Shown here: one piece after another, positions 56,479 to 64,000 of the stretch
How the letters are laid out: every line of letters starts with the position of its first letter
Numbering within the stretch: position 1 is the first letter of the stretch
Source: a virus
Taxonomy: Duplodnaviria; Caudoviricetes
Length of the DNA stretch: 64,000 bases
Reading direction: 5' to 3' (one strand)
IMG/VR virus record: IMGVR_UViG_3300042470_001171
Coordinates: 8,814 to 72,813 of that record
Made by a program: the position numbers and the translations under genes
The notes under the pieces: model-generated
What the model was told of the DNA's origin: nothing
What the model saw: only the letters and a program-made list of their open reading frames with translations
Databases searched by the model: none

Positions 56479-57216
56479 CTACCTGCCGCCAAATTGTTTC
56501 TGGCGCTGAGCGGTCACTGCCGCCCATACATCCTTGCCACTTGCCTCGGCGGGTAGGCCCTGGCCTGGGCTACCCAGGACGCCGAAGCCTGGCCGGTCAG
56601 AGCCTTTGAAATGGCGGGCAAACCAGGATGTGGTGCCCTTCAGTTCGTCGATCAACTCGGCGACTGTCTTGGGCCTGCTCTGGCCCTTGTCGGCCACATA
56701 GGCGGGTGTCTTGCCGTCCGGCTCTAACACCTCCAGCCCATTGGCCGACACCCGCACTCGGCCCCGCAGCGCTAATGCTGCAGGCTCAAATTCACCCGGG
56801 AATCCTTCGGCGGCATAAAACGCCTGCTCTAGGGCCGTATCTCGCTGAAAGTCTAGCAAGGACTGCTGGGCGGCTGCCAGTTGCTGGCGTTGTTGCTCTA
56901 GCACTGGCTCATACTTGGCCTGGGCATCTGCCTCAAACTGGGCCCGTAGTTCAGCCTGTTGTTGTTCCCACTCAGCCTGCTTAGCGGCGATCTCCATGGC
57001 TTCTTTGTACTTGCCAGGGTCGATGCCGCTGAAGGCTTGCAGTTGGGTTTCAAGCTGCTTGGCTTTCTTCTCTAGTTCCTTGCGGGCCTCCCGCTCCTTT
57101 TGCAAAGTAGCATAGGCGGTCTCGCTGTTTGGATCCTGACTGCTATTGGCTGGCGGATTAGGGGGAGTCGCCTGGGGTGCGTCAGAGGTCGGTTGTTGTT
57201 GTTCGTCAATAATCAT
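56479..57216 (-). CDS. Capsid scaffolding protein
   Basis: Coiled coil LQKEREARKELEK..GIDP; upstream of the capsid gene. Confidence 0.75.
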   Translation of the reverse strand: MIIDEQQQPTSDAPQATPPNPPANSSQDPNSETAYATLQKEREARKELEKKAKQLETQLQAFSGIDPGKYKEAMEIAAKQAEWEQQQAELRAQFEADAQAKYEPVLEQQRQQLAAAQQSLLDFQRDTALEQAFYAAEGFPGEFEPAALALRGRVRVSANGLEVLEPDGKTPAYVADKGQSRPKTVAELIDELKGTTSWFARHFKGSDRPGFGVLGSPGQGLPAEASGKDVWAAVTAQRQKQFGGR

Positions 57217-57268
57217 GGTGCATCACGCATATTGGCTTCACGCCGGTCATAAAATAGGGTGCCCAGCC

Positions 57269-57664
57269 CTACCCCCGGCCTAGTTCAGATGTGCCAGCGG
57301 CCATCATCGGCGAGTAGGTCTGGCTGAGCATGGCCGCTACCCGCAGCCGCAGTCGTTCAATATTGGCGCTGTAGCCAACGGTGGATCCACTCTGAAAATA
57401 CTCAATCACATCCACTCGCTTTAGGCCTGCTTGGCCGGCTGCTGCGGTCTGGGCGGCATCGTCAGCATCCATCTGGTCCAGGTCAGCCTGGATCAAGCCA
57501 GCAACGTCAGTGCCGAACTTAGTATCTTGGGCATTGACAAAGTTGATCTGGTTTTGGATCAACTGCATGACACTTTGCCAGGTCAGCGGCCCTCCGGCTG
57601 AGTCGCCCAGGCTAAAGGCACGATACTTGACAATGCGGTTAAGGTCGTCAGCGGTGAGGGCCAT
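57269..57664 (-). CDS. Putative head-tail connector
   Basis: LKRVDVIEY motif; in the head module. Confidence 0.55.
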   Translation of the reverse strand: MALTADDLNRIVKYRAFSLGDSAGGPLTWQSVMQLIQNQINFVNAQDTKFGTDVAGLIQADLDQMDADDAAQTAAAGQAGLKRVDVIEYFQSGSTVGYSANIERLRLRVAAMLSQTYSPMMAAGTSELGRG

Positions 57665-57686
57665 GGCGGTGAACAATGCGACGCCT

Positions 57687-58922
57687 TTAGGGTGCCCCGT
57701 CGATCCAATCCCTAAATTGTTGCTCAATCACTGGCCACTGGAACGAGCTAGACTGCCAATGCTCCCGGGCCTGTTGTTGATATTGCTGACATAGATCGGG
57801 GTTGCTGTAGGCCTGCTCTAGGGCCCTGGCGTAGTCATGGCTGGAGACAACCGGATAGTCCAGCGCTGTCCTAACCTGGCGCACCTGACCAGCCTTGTCA
57901 ATCTGCAGCAGCCCAAAGGTTTCTGAGCGCGAGTCAATTGGATCCACCATAAATGCTCGCCCTGGCCATAGGTCAGCGTGGACGGAATGGTTGCCTACAA
58001 TGACGGTTGCGCCGTACTGGCTAGCCTCGACCGGGCATAGGCCCCAGCCCTCGGCATCGCTGGTCTGCAGGTAGCAGTTAGCACTGGCATAGATGGCCGC
58101 TAGGTCGGCATCACTGCAGAAGGGATGGTGGTTATCGCCAGCAGTATGGCTGCGCAACAATGGTCGTTGCTCGAAGGCATAGCCGGTCCTGGCCAGGGTG
58201 CGTTCATAGTACTCCCGTACAGGCAGGTCATCGCCATAGTCGGCGCAGTGTAGCCAGAGGATGGGGGCACCCGGTTCTGGCGGCAATGGCTTGCCCTGGG
58301 CAAATTCACAGAAGGCTTGAATGGTCAAGTCATAGCGCTTGCGAGGGCGGTTGATGTCTGTCCTCAGTACAACCCAGGCATCCTTCAATGGCTCTGGCAA
58401 TAGGCTGCGGCTAGGCTGCAGGGGTGGCTCGATGCCATGGGGGATGATGGCGCAGTCGCCCTGGTAGCCAGCGGCCCGCAGCACCTGTAGCCCGAAGGGG
58501 GCGTAGGTGGCCACCCCAGCCCAGTGGGGTAATAGCCGGGCTAGCTCGGCTTCATAGCCTGCACAGTCTACCGGGAAGTAGCCAAAGAATGGGATCTGGG
58601 CGATGCCCAAGTTTTTGCACGTCGCCCATAGGATAGAAAACCATCGGTTGCATACCCAAATGTCATTGAAGCCCACCACCGCATCAGGCTTAAATCGCCG
58701 GATCAGGCCCACCAGCTGATCATTGGCCAAGGGATCTCTACCCTTGGTGGTGAGTAGCCGCCATGGGTAAGGGTGCTGGGCTTGCTGCAGGTAGTTGATC
58801 GCCACTTGGGTGACGGTGTGGCCGCCATCTACCAGAGCCTGGCATAGGTGCGCCGCTACCCTGCCGAAGCCTGTTGTCAGGCCTGGCATCGGCGGAGCAT
58901 CCGCCAAAACAAGAATGTGCAT
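57687..58922 (-). CDS. Glycosyltransferase, GT4-like
   Basis: TGFGRVA, IPHGI, NRPRKRYD, SDAEGWGLCPVEA. Confidence 0.9.
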   Translation of the reverse strand: MHILVLADAPPMPGLTTGFGRVAAHLCQALVDGGHTVTQVAINYLQQAQHPYPWRLLTTKGRDPLANDQLVGLIRRFKPDAVVGFNDIWVCNRWFSILWATCKNLGIAQIPFFGYFPVDCAGYEAELARLLPHWAGVATYAPFGLQVLRAAGYQGDCAIIPHGIEPPLQPSRSLLPEPLKDAWVVLRTDINRPRKRYDLTIQAFCEFAQGKPLPPEPGAPILWLHCADYGDDLPVREYYERTLARTGYAFEQRPLLRSHTAGDNHHPFCSDADLAAIYASANCYLQTSDAEGWGLCPVEASQYGATVIVGNHSVHADLWPGRAFMVDPIDSRSETFGLLQIDKAGQVRQVRTALDYPVVSSHDYARALEQAYSNPDLCQQYQQQAREHWQSSSFQWPVIEQQFRDWIDGAP

Positions 58923-58927
58923 AGTTG

Positions 58928-60424
58928 TCAGTCTTCAGGTACAGCTTCAGGTTGCCCAGGCTGGCTGGCTGGCATCAGGATCCCGTTAATCACCTCCGGC
59001 GTCGTCGGCATGGCGGCATCGCGTTCCACCGCCACCCGCTCCATGATCTCTTCAATATCGACACCAGGCGGCAGCTGGCGACCCATCCGCAATAGCTCCA
59101 GCAAGGTTTGATGGTCGATAGCGCCTGCTTGCCATAGGCCTAGCAATGCGCCCATCTCCTGGGCATCAAGCGGCATCTCCAGAACAGACTGATCCATCTC
59201 AACTTCAACGTCACTGGGGTCTTCGCCAGTAAATAGGCACCAGTCGGCCACCAGCGCTTTGACAGCCTGGCTTTTGGCCCTGGCATAGCCATTCAGGCTG
59301 GCACTGGCCCGGGTGGCGGCTAGGTAGGCCTCTGTTGCAGATCGCTGGACACTGCCACCACCAATGAACCCGACACCTTCCTCGTCGATGGCGCGGCGGG
59401 TTTCGTTGCAGCTTTCCCGTAGCTCAGCAATGCCTTGGCCAGTAATCTCAATCACCCCTACCGAGTCTTCGCCAGCAGCGGTGGTATTGCTGTCCCGCAT
59501 CAGCTCAATTACATGGTTGGGTCCAAAAATGATCGGTGGCCGCTGGGTAAAGTCCATGCTGCTTACCCGATAGACCGTGGGCGCATTCACCCGATACTGG
59601 ATTGTATCCAGGCTAGACTCTTGGCGGAATAGCTTAATGTTTAGCTCGGCGGCCTTGAGCAGGTACGGTAGCTGCAGGTCACCGTCATGGGGGAATGGGT
59701 TGGTCACATCCGGGTAGGCCTGGAGCGGGATCCGTTGGACTGGTGCGGTGCGTTCGTCCACAATATCCACCGCCCCACGGTCACTGATGCGGGCCACCGT
59801 CAGGCTAACACCACCATCGCCCGGCAATAGCCGAAAGGTATGGTAATAGGGCTCACTGATGGATCCATAGCTGCCGACGGTCTGGTCCCGGTGCATGACG
59901 ATAGTGACCTGGGTGAGCACCATGGATCCATTACGCAACTCCCCCCGCCAGTTGATCACATTACGCCGATCTACCAGCGTCCATTGTGGGTAGGTACGAC
60001 GGTCGGCAGCGGTGCGGGTGGCGGCATCCTCCGGGCTCAGCTGCACATTGTTGGTCAGCACATACACTAGCCCATCCCGCAGGGCTAGTTCATCCGCTTG
60101 GCGTAAAAAGCTAGTCCAGTCGGATCCATTACCGTCCAGGTATAGGCCATCCGCTTCAGCTTGCTCGAAGCTGGCCGGGTAGCCCTCAACGTCGAAGGCT
60201 GTCAGCAAGCCGCTGATGCTTTCCACCTGGGCCCGGTATTTGTTGTTGAATACGGCCCGGTTCACCCGATCATCGTAGGCGGCCCGGGGTTCCCGGCTAG
60301 CCTGGGGCAGGTAGTCAGCCTTGAGCCCATAAAGCCCATTCCATACGTCAAAGCATAGCTTTAGCGCTGGCTGGAGCTTTGCTAGCGCCGGGTCGTGGTA
60401 GTTGGGGAGGGATGGATCGTTCAT
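58928..60424 (-). CDS. Portal protein
   Basis: YLPQASREPRAAYDDRVNRAVFNN; follows the terminase. Confidence 0.85.
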   Translation of the reverse strand: MNDPSLPNYHDPALAKLQPALKLCFDVWNGLYGLKADYLPQASREPRAAYDDRVNRAVFNNKYRAQVESISGLLTAFDVEGYPASFEQAEADGLYLDGNGSDWTSFLRQADELALRDGLVYVLTNNVQLSPEDAATRTAADRRTYPQWTLVDRRNVINWRGELRNGSMVLTQVTIVMHRDQTVGSYGSISEPYYHTFRLLPGDGGVSLTVARISDRGAVDIVDERTAPVQRIPLQAYPDVTNPFPHDGDLQLPYLLKAAELNIKLFRQESSLDTIQYRVNAPTVYRVSSMDFTQRPPIIFGPNHVIELMRDSNTTAAGEDSVGVIEITGQGIAELRESCNETRRAIDEEGVGFIGGGSVQRSATEAYLAATRASASLNGYARAKSQAVKALVADWCLFTGEDPSDVEVEMDQSVLEMPLDAQEMGALLGLWQAGAIDHQTLLELLRMGRQLPPGVDIEEIMERVAVERDAAMPTTPEVINGILMPASQPGQPEAVPED

Positions 60425-60438
60425 GGTGATAGTGTGCC

Positions 60439-61749
60439 CTAGCCCCAAACCGCAACCGATTGAGCCATGCCAGTCTGCCGTTGCTGGATCATGGGCCCTA
60501 GCGCATAGCGCAGCGCATCCATCAAGTGGTTGTTGGCGTCAATTACCTGAGGCAGGATGTCGCCGCTTAGCTTGTCTACTTTGTAAGAGTACAGCCGGGC
60601 CTCAGTTGCCATATTGGAGCAGCGAGGGTGGATGACAACCTTCTCAAAGTTGCGCAGGTAGGCGATGCCGTCTTCGACACTGCCCGGCCACTTGCGCACC
60701 GCCGTCAGCCTGGGGATGCCCCGCCTGCTCACATGGCTGATGCTTTCTGGCCTGGAATTGTCCACCCGCACTACATGGCCGTCGATGCCTGGAATATCCC
60801 GGATCCAGCGCTTAGCTGTTTCGTCTAGCTCTAGCCGATGGGCATAGCTTTCTTGCTCAATATAAAGCCGGTTGCCATGGATCCAGCATTTAACCGCAGC
60901 GGTCGGGTCTGCAGCAAAACCCCAGTCGCCGCCGAAGTACGGCCCCTGCCAGTCAGTGGCAGGCTTGAACTCATCCACAATCCACTTGCCATGCAGCACC
61001 TGGGAGTCTGCATTCTCCAGGCACTCCCCTTCCCAGATGTGCTCGTACAGATCAGGATCGGTGGCCTGCATGGCTTGGCGTTCAGCGTCTAGCTCTGGCG
61101 GAAAGTACGGGTTAAGATCCCAGTTCACTCGCTGGATGTAGCTGCCACCGCCTAGCTGGCCAGGGTTGATCAGGAAGGTTTGATAGATAGGATCCGTCTT
61201 TTGATATGGATTAAAGGTTACCCAGATCTCAGAACCTGGGGCCCGGATGGATGGCACCAGATCATTCCAGCTTTTTTGGCTGATGGTTTGGGCCTCTTCT
61301 ACCCAGCAATGGGTGATGCCGCTGATGGATTTGATGGAGCTGATGTTATGGCGCAGCCCTTTGAAAATAAACTGGGTGCCACGGGGGCCAAGGATCTGGG
61401 CCTCCTGGACAGAGTACACGGACTCCAGCCCCAGGTCTTCAATGCGTTGCTTTAGCAGATGGTGAACCGAGTCCTTGATGGACACCTGAAATTCCCTGGC
61501 GCATAGCACCCGACACTTACGCCGGGCCCCTTCGATCAGCAGCGCATCAGCCGCAGCGGTGGACTTACCCGAGCCACGGCCACCCCATAGGCATTTGTAC
61601 CGGCGTGGCTCTAGCAATGGCTGGGCCCAGGGCAGCAGGTTCCTGGCTAGCTTGTCCAGGTCCACCGAGTCGGTGGGCGCCGCAGCATAGCTAGCGACTA
61701 ACCATTTCTTCCATTCTGCTCTTAGCTCTAGTGCGCCGAGGGTGGCCAT
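60439..61749 (-). CDS. terL: Terminase large subunit (PBSX-like)
   Basis: GGRGSGKS, CAREFQ.SI, WVEEA, TFNP, DWGF..DP, NHLMDALRYA. Confidence 0.95.
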   Translation of the reverse strand: MATLGALELRAEWKKWLVASYAAAPTDSVDLDKLARNLLPWAQPLLEPRRYKCLWGGRGSGKSTAAADALLIEGARRKCRVLCAREFQVSIKDSVHHLLKQRIEDLGLESVYSVQEAQILGPRGTQFIFKGLRHNISSIKSISGITHCWVEEAQTISQKSWNDLVPSIRAPGSEIWVTFNPYQKTDPIYQTFLINPGQLGGGSYIQRVNWDLNPYFPPELDAERQAMQATDPDLYEHIWEGECLENADSQVLHGKWIVDEFKPATDWQGPYFGGDWGFAADPTAAVKCWIHGNRLYIEQESYAHRLELDETAKRWIRDIPGIDGHVVRVDNSRPESISHVSRRGIPRLTAVRKWPGSVEDGIAYLRNFEKVVIHPRCSNMATEARLYSYKVDKLSGDILPQVIDANNHLMDALRYALGPMIQQRQTGMAQSVAVWG

Positions 61750-61834
61750 TGGCAGGAAACCCGGCCTAGGCCGGGTAGGGACTGACAACACTTTCAGCAT
61801 TCCCTAGGCTGGGTGGGCTGGGCATTCTATAGCC

Positions 61835-62407
61835 ATGACCCGCAAGCTTTGCCTACACCCAGTCGATGGCCAACACCCCTACTGGGTGCTGGATGGTTCC
61901 TGGCCGCCCCCCGCTGGACTGTGGAGTATTGGCCGGGATCCGGAATGCGATATTCACATTATAGACTCACGGCTCTCGAAACGACACGCCGAGCTACGGG
62001 CCACCGATGTTACCCAGTCAGGCGAGCGGGTGTGGCTGTGGGAACTGAAGGACGGTTTCAGCACCAATGGCACCTATATCAATAGCCGGGCCCTGAAGCC
62101 TGGCCTATGGGCAGATCTGATGGCCCATGATGTGCTATGGCTAGGCGGGCTAGTCTACCGGGTTTCTCACGATGATGATGACACTAGCGGGACAAAGCTG
62201 ATGACTGAGCCAGCCAAGCAGGACCATGGCCATGACCACCACACTGAAATAACCGGCGATGCGCCCCGGGGTGCCCGGCCATGGTGGGCGGAATGGGTGG
62301 AGTCGGTCTGGGCCTGGTGGACTAAGCAACCGCTATTCGTGCAATGGCTCATGCTGGTCACCAGTGGCGGGCTAGCGGCACTGCTGCTCTGGGTATGGAA
62401 GCTGTAG
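61835..62407 (+). CDS. FHA-domain membrane protein
   Basis: IGR..CDI..SKRHA..D..STNGTYIN; C-terminal TM. Confidence 0.88.
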   Translation: MTRKLCLHPVDGQHPYWVLDGSWPPPAGLWSIGRDPECDIHIIDSRLSKRHAELRATDVTQSGERVWLWELKDGFSTNGTYINSRALKPGLWADLMAHDVLWLGGLVYRVSHDDDDTSGTKLMTEPAKQDHGHDHHTEITGDAPRGARPWWAEWVESVWAWWTKQPLFVQWLMLVTSGGLAALLLWVWKL

Positions 62408-62467
62408 GCAAACAAAAACCCCAGCCATGGGGCCGGGGTGGTGGGGAGGTGGGGTGGAGTAAGTTGC

Positions 62468-62791
62468 TTAAAGAGGAGCAAAAAACTGCAGATCCCAGAC
62501 TAGATCATCCATATCCGCCTGGGAATGGCTTATCGCAACTCCATACGGAGAGTTAGCTTGCCTCAGGATAGGGCGGTAATATCCTCTTTGCTCATGCGCT
62601 CCCTGAGAAAGGTTTATCCCCCAGGCACCCCCGTCACGCGGAGGCATAATATAGCCCACAAGGCTTCCGTTCACGGAGACCTGGAAGACAAGCTGGCCAT
62701 TAAGGTAGCCGAGGTCGACAGCAGATCGCTCATCAAACGCGCTAGCGATCCGATTGGCTGTTATCTTTTCTCCTGGCTGCAGGTAAAGCAT
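62468..62791 (-). CDS. Hypothetical protein (stand-alone cassette)
   Basis: TTGACA promoter cassette plus ACCACTTACAGAGG. Confidence 0.65.
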   Translation of the reverse strand: MLYLQPGEKITANRIASAFDERSAVDLGYLNGQLVFQVSVNGSLVGYIMPPRDGGAWGINLSQGAHEQRGYYRPILRQANSPYGVAISHSQADMDDLVWDLQFFAPL

Positions 62792-62909
62792 CTTTGCCTC
62801 TGTAAGTGGTTCAACAATTCCACTATACCCCTCCTATATCGGCTTGTCAATATACCCCTAGCCTTTCCGCTGGCCATGCTGTATAGTAGGGGTAAATTGG
62901 AGAACCTCT

Positions 62910-63122
62910 ATGCCAGACATCATCTACCCCAACCTACGCCCCCGCAAAGCATTCTGGGGCCACCGCAAAAAGGATCGAACCCTAGGCATGACTGATGAGG
63001 CCTGGGAAGGCCTGGATGCTGTCGCCAAGGAGCTAGGCTTGAGCCGCTCCGAGATGGTGCAGCAGATCGGGCTACGCTTGCTCAAGGTAGCGCCTAAGGC
63101 TGGCCCAGCTTCGCCAAAATGA
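62910..63122 (+). CDS. RHH/CopG-like regulator
   Basis: RTLGMTDEAWEGLDAVAKELGLSRSEMV. Confidence 0.75.
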   Translation: MPDIIYPNLRPRKAFWGHRKKDRTLGMTDEAWEGLDAVAKELGLSRSEMVQQIGLRLLKVAPKAGPASPK

Positions 63123-63414
63123 GTTGCAAGGCCCGGGCCTGCTGTGCCGTCATGGCGGGCCAGTGCTGCTCTAGCAATGCAATGGCCTCGCCTAACTGGC
63201 GACGGATCAACGACGCTTTAGCAGTTCCCATCGTTGCCGTAGGTAGGTGCGATAGACTCGGTTGTAGCGGCGCTCCATTACAATGATGCGGGTGCGCTGC
63301 CACAGCCAGGCACAGAAGCCGCCGTAGAGGCCACCGCCTAGGAATAGGGCCGGGTATAGGAGCCAGTCAATCTGAACCTTCATCGTGCAGCCTCCCGCGT
63401 GCTATCCCTAGCTT

Positions 63415-63514
63415 GCCCACTACGGTGGGAGTGAGTCGGCCAGAGGGTGCAGGCCCCACATAAGTGGGGGTGCTTCGATAAGCATGGTATAGCCCCACAA
63501 TAGTGGGGGTTACC
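63415..63514 (+). CRISPR. Three-repeat short-spacer array
   Basis: GTGGG anchors 63425, 63464, 63503; period 39; handles GTGAGTC/GTGCTTC/GTTACC. Confidence 0.7.
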
Positions 63515-64000
63515 CAAACGCTGCCAGCACCGCCGATTCCACCTGGTCTGGCGTGACTTGCAGGTACAGCTGCAGGCTGGCCAAGCTCTTATGGCCGCTG
63601 ATCTGCTGGATCACCCGCAGGGGAACGCCAGCATTGCTCAGCTTCGTTAAGGCAGTGCGCCTGAAGCTATGGGTGGTGATGCCCAGCCCGGAGAGGCCTG
63701 CCAGGGTAAGGCAGTCCTGGATCACCTGGCTGGCGCTAGCAGGGTGCAGGTGACCCCGGCCATGGCGGCCAGGGAATAGGTACTCGCCCTGGGGTGGGCC
63801 GTACTGTTGCAGCAACAGCATTAGGCTAGGATGCACCGGGATAGACCGGCTGGCTAGCTTGCCCTTGGTCTTTGCCTTGGGTAGTACAAGCATCCCTCCT
63901 TTTATATCACTCGGACTGAGGGCCACCGCTTCGGCTACTCGCAGGCCACAAAATAACATGCACCCGATCAAGGCCCGGTCCCGAGGACTGGAGCAATGGT
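63510..64000 (-). CDS. Tyrosine recombinase (5' end outside the window)
   Basis: GLRVAE, KTKGK, THSFRRT, SGH, LYL. Confidence 0.9.
   Translation of the reverse strand, partial: HCSSPRDRALIGCMLFCGLRVAEAVALSPSDIKGGMLVLPKAKTKGKLASRSIPVHPSLMLLLQQYGPPQGEYLFPGRHGRGHLHPASASQVIQDCLTLAGLSGLGITTHSFRRTALTKLSNAGVPLRVIQQISGHKSLASLQLYLQVTPDQVESAVLAAFG

Larger units (their letters stand above)
1..64000. mobile_element. Temperate tailed phage/prophage (long non-contractile tail likely, probably a cyanophage); ends not visible
   Basis: Terminase, portal, capsid, tape measure, endolysin, replication initiator plus DnaB and three site-specific recombinases; no run of host housekeeping genes. Confidence 0.93.

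Noticed and set aside
63437-63453. 11-12 nt self-matches of short spacers (e.g. GGCCAGAGGGTG at about 35139)
   Set aside because: Expected by chance in 64 kb of biased sequence

Overview
The window looks like most of a temperate, long-tailed cyanophage or prophage genome; the host is inferred from a SigF-like sigma factor and cyanobacterial-type genes. Modules in order: early recombination and replication-accessory genes (SSAP, Cro-like HTH, adenine MTase, beta clamp, SSB); a phage sigma factor and a tyrosine recombinase; a CRISPR-Cas locus; an FtsK/membrane-protein operon; a replication module (initiator with iterons, DnaB, PAPS-reductase-like, C5 MTase); tail and lysis genes on +; a large serine recombinase; head genes on -; and a second tyrosine recombinase cut by the window edge. 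The standout is a stripped-down type I-E CRISPR system: cas5, cas7, cas6 and a truncated cas8e, with no cas3, cas11, cas1 or cas2 recognisable in the window and a PD-(D/E)XK nuclease gene heading the cas6-cas7-cas5 operon. Two outward-facing arrays with near-identical leaders flank it. About 48 Cas6-type repeat hairpins sit at 10 loci across the window, nearly all in the sense direction of local transcripts. Their unit lengths cluster near 37, 43, 49, 56, 63, 68 and 73 nt, a roughly 6-nt ladder that matches the Cas7 footprint. All calls come from reading motifs by eye; no database searches were run and all counts are manual.
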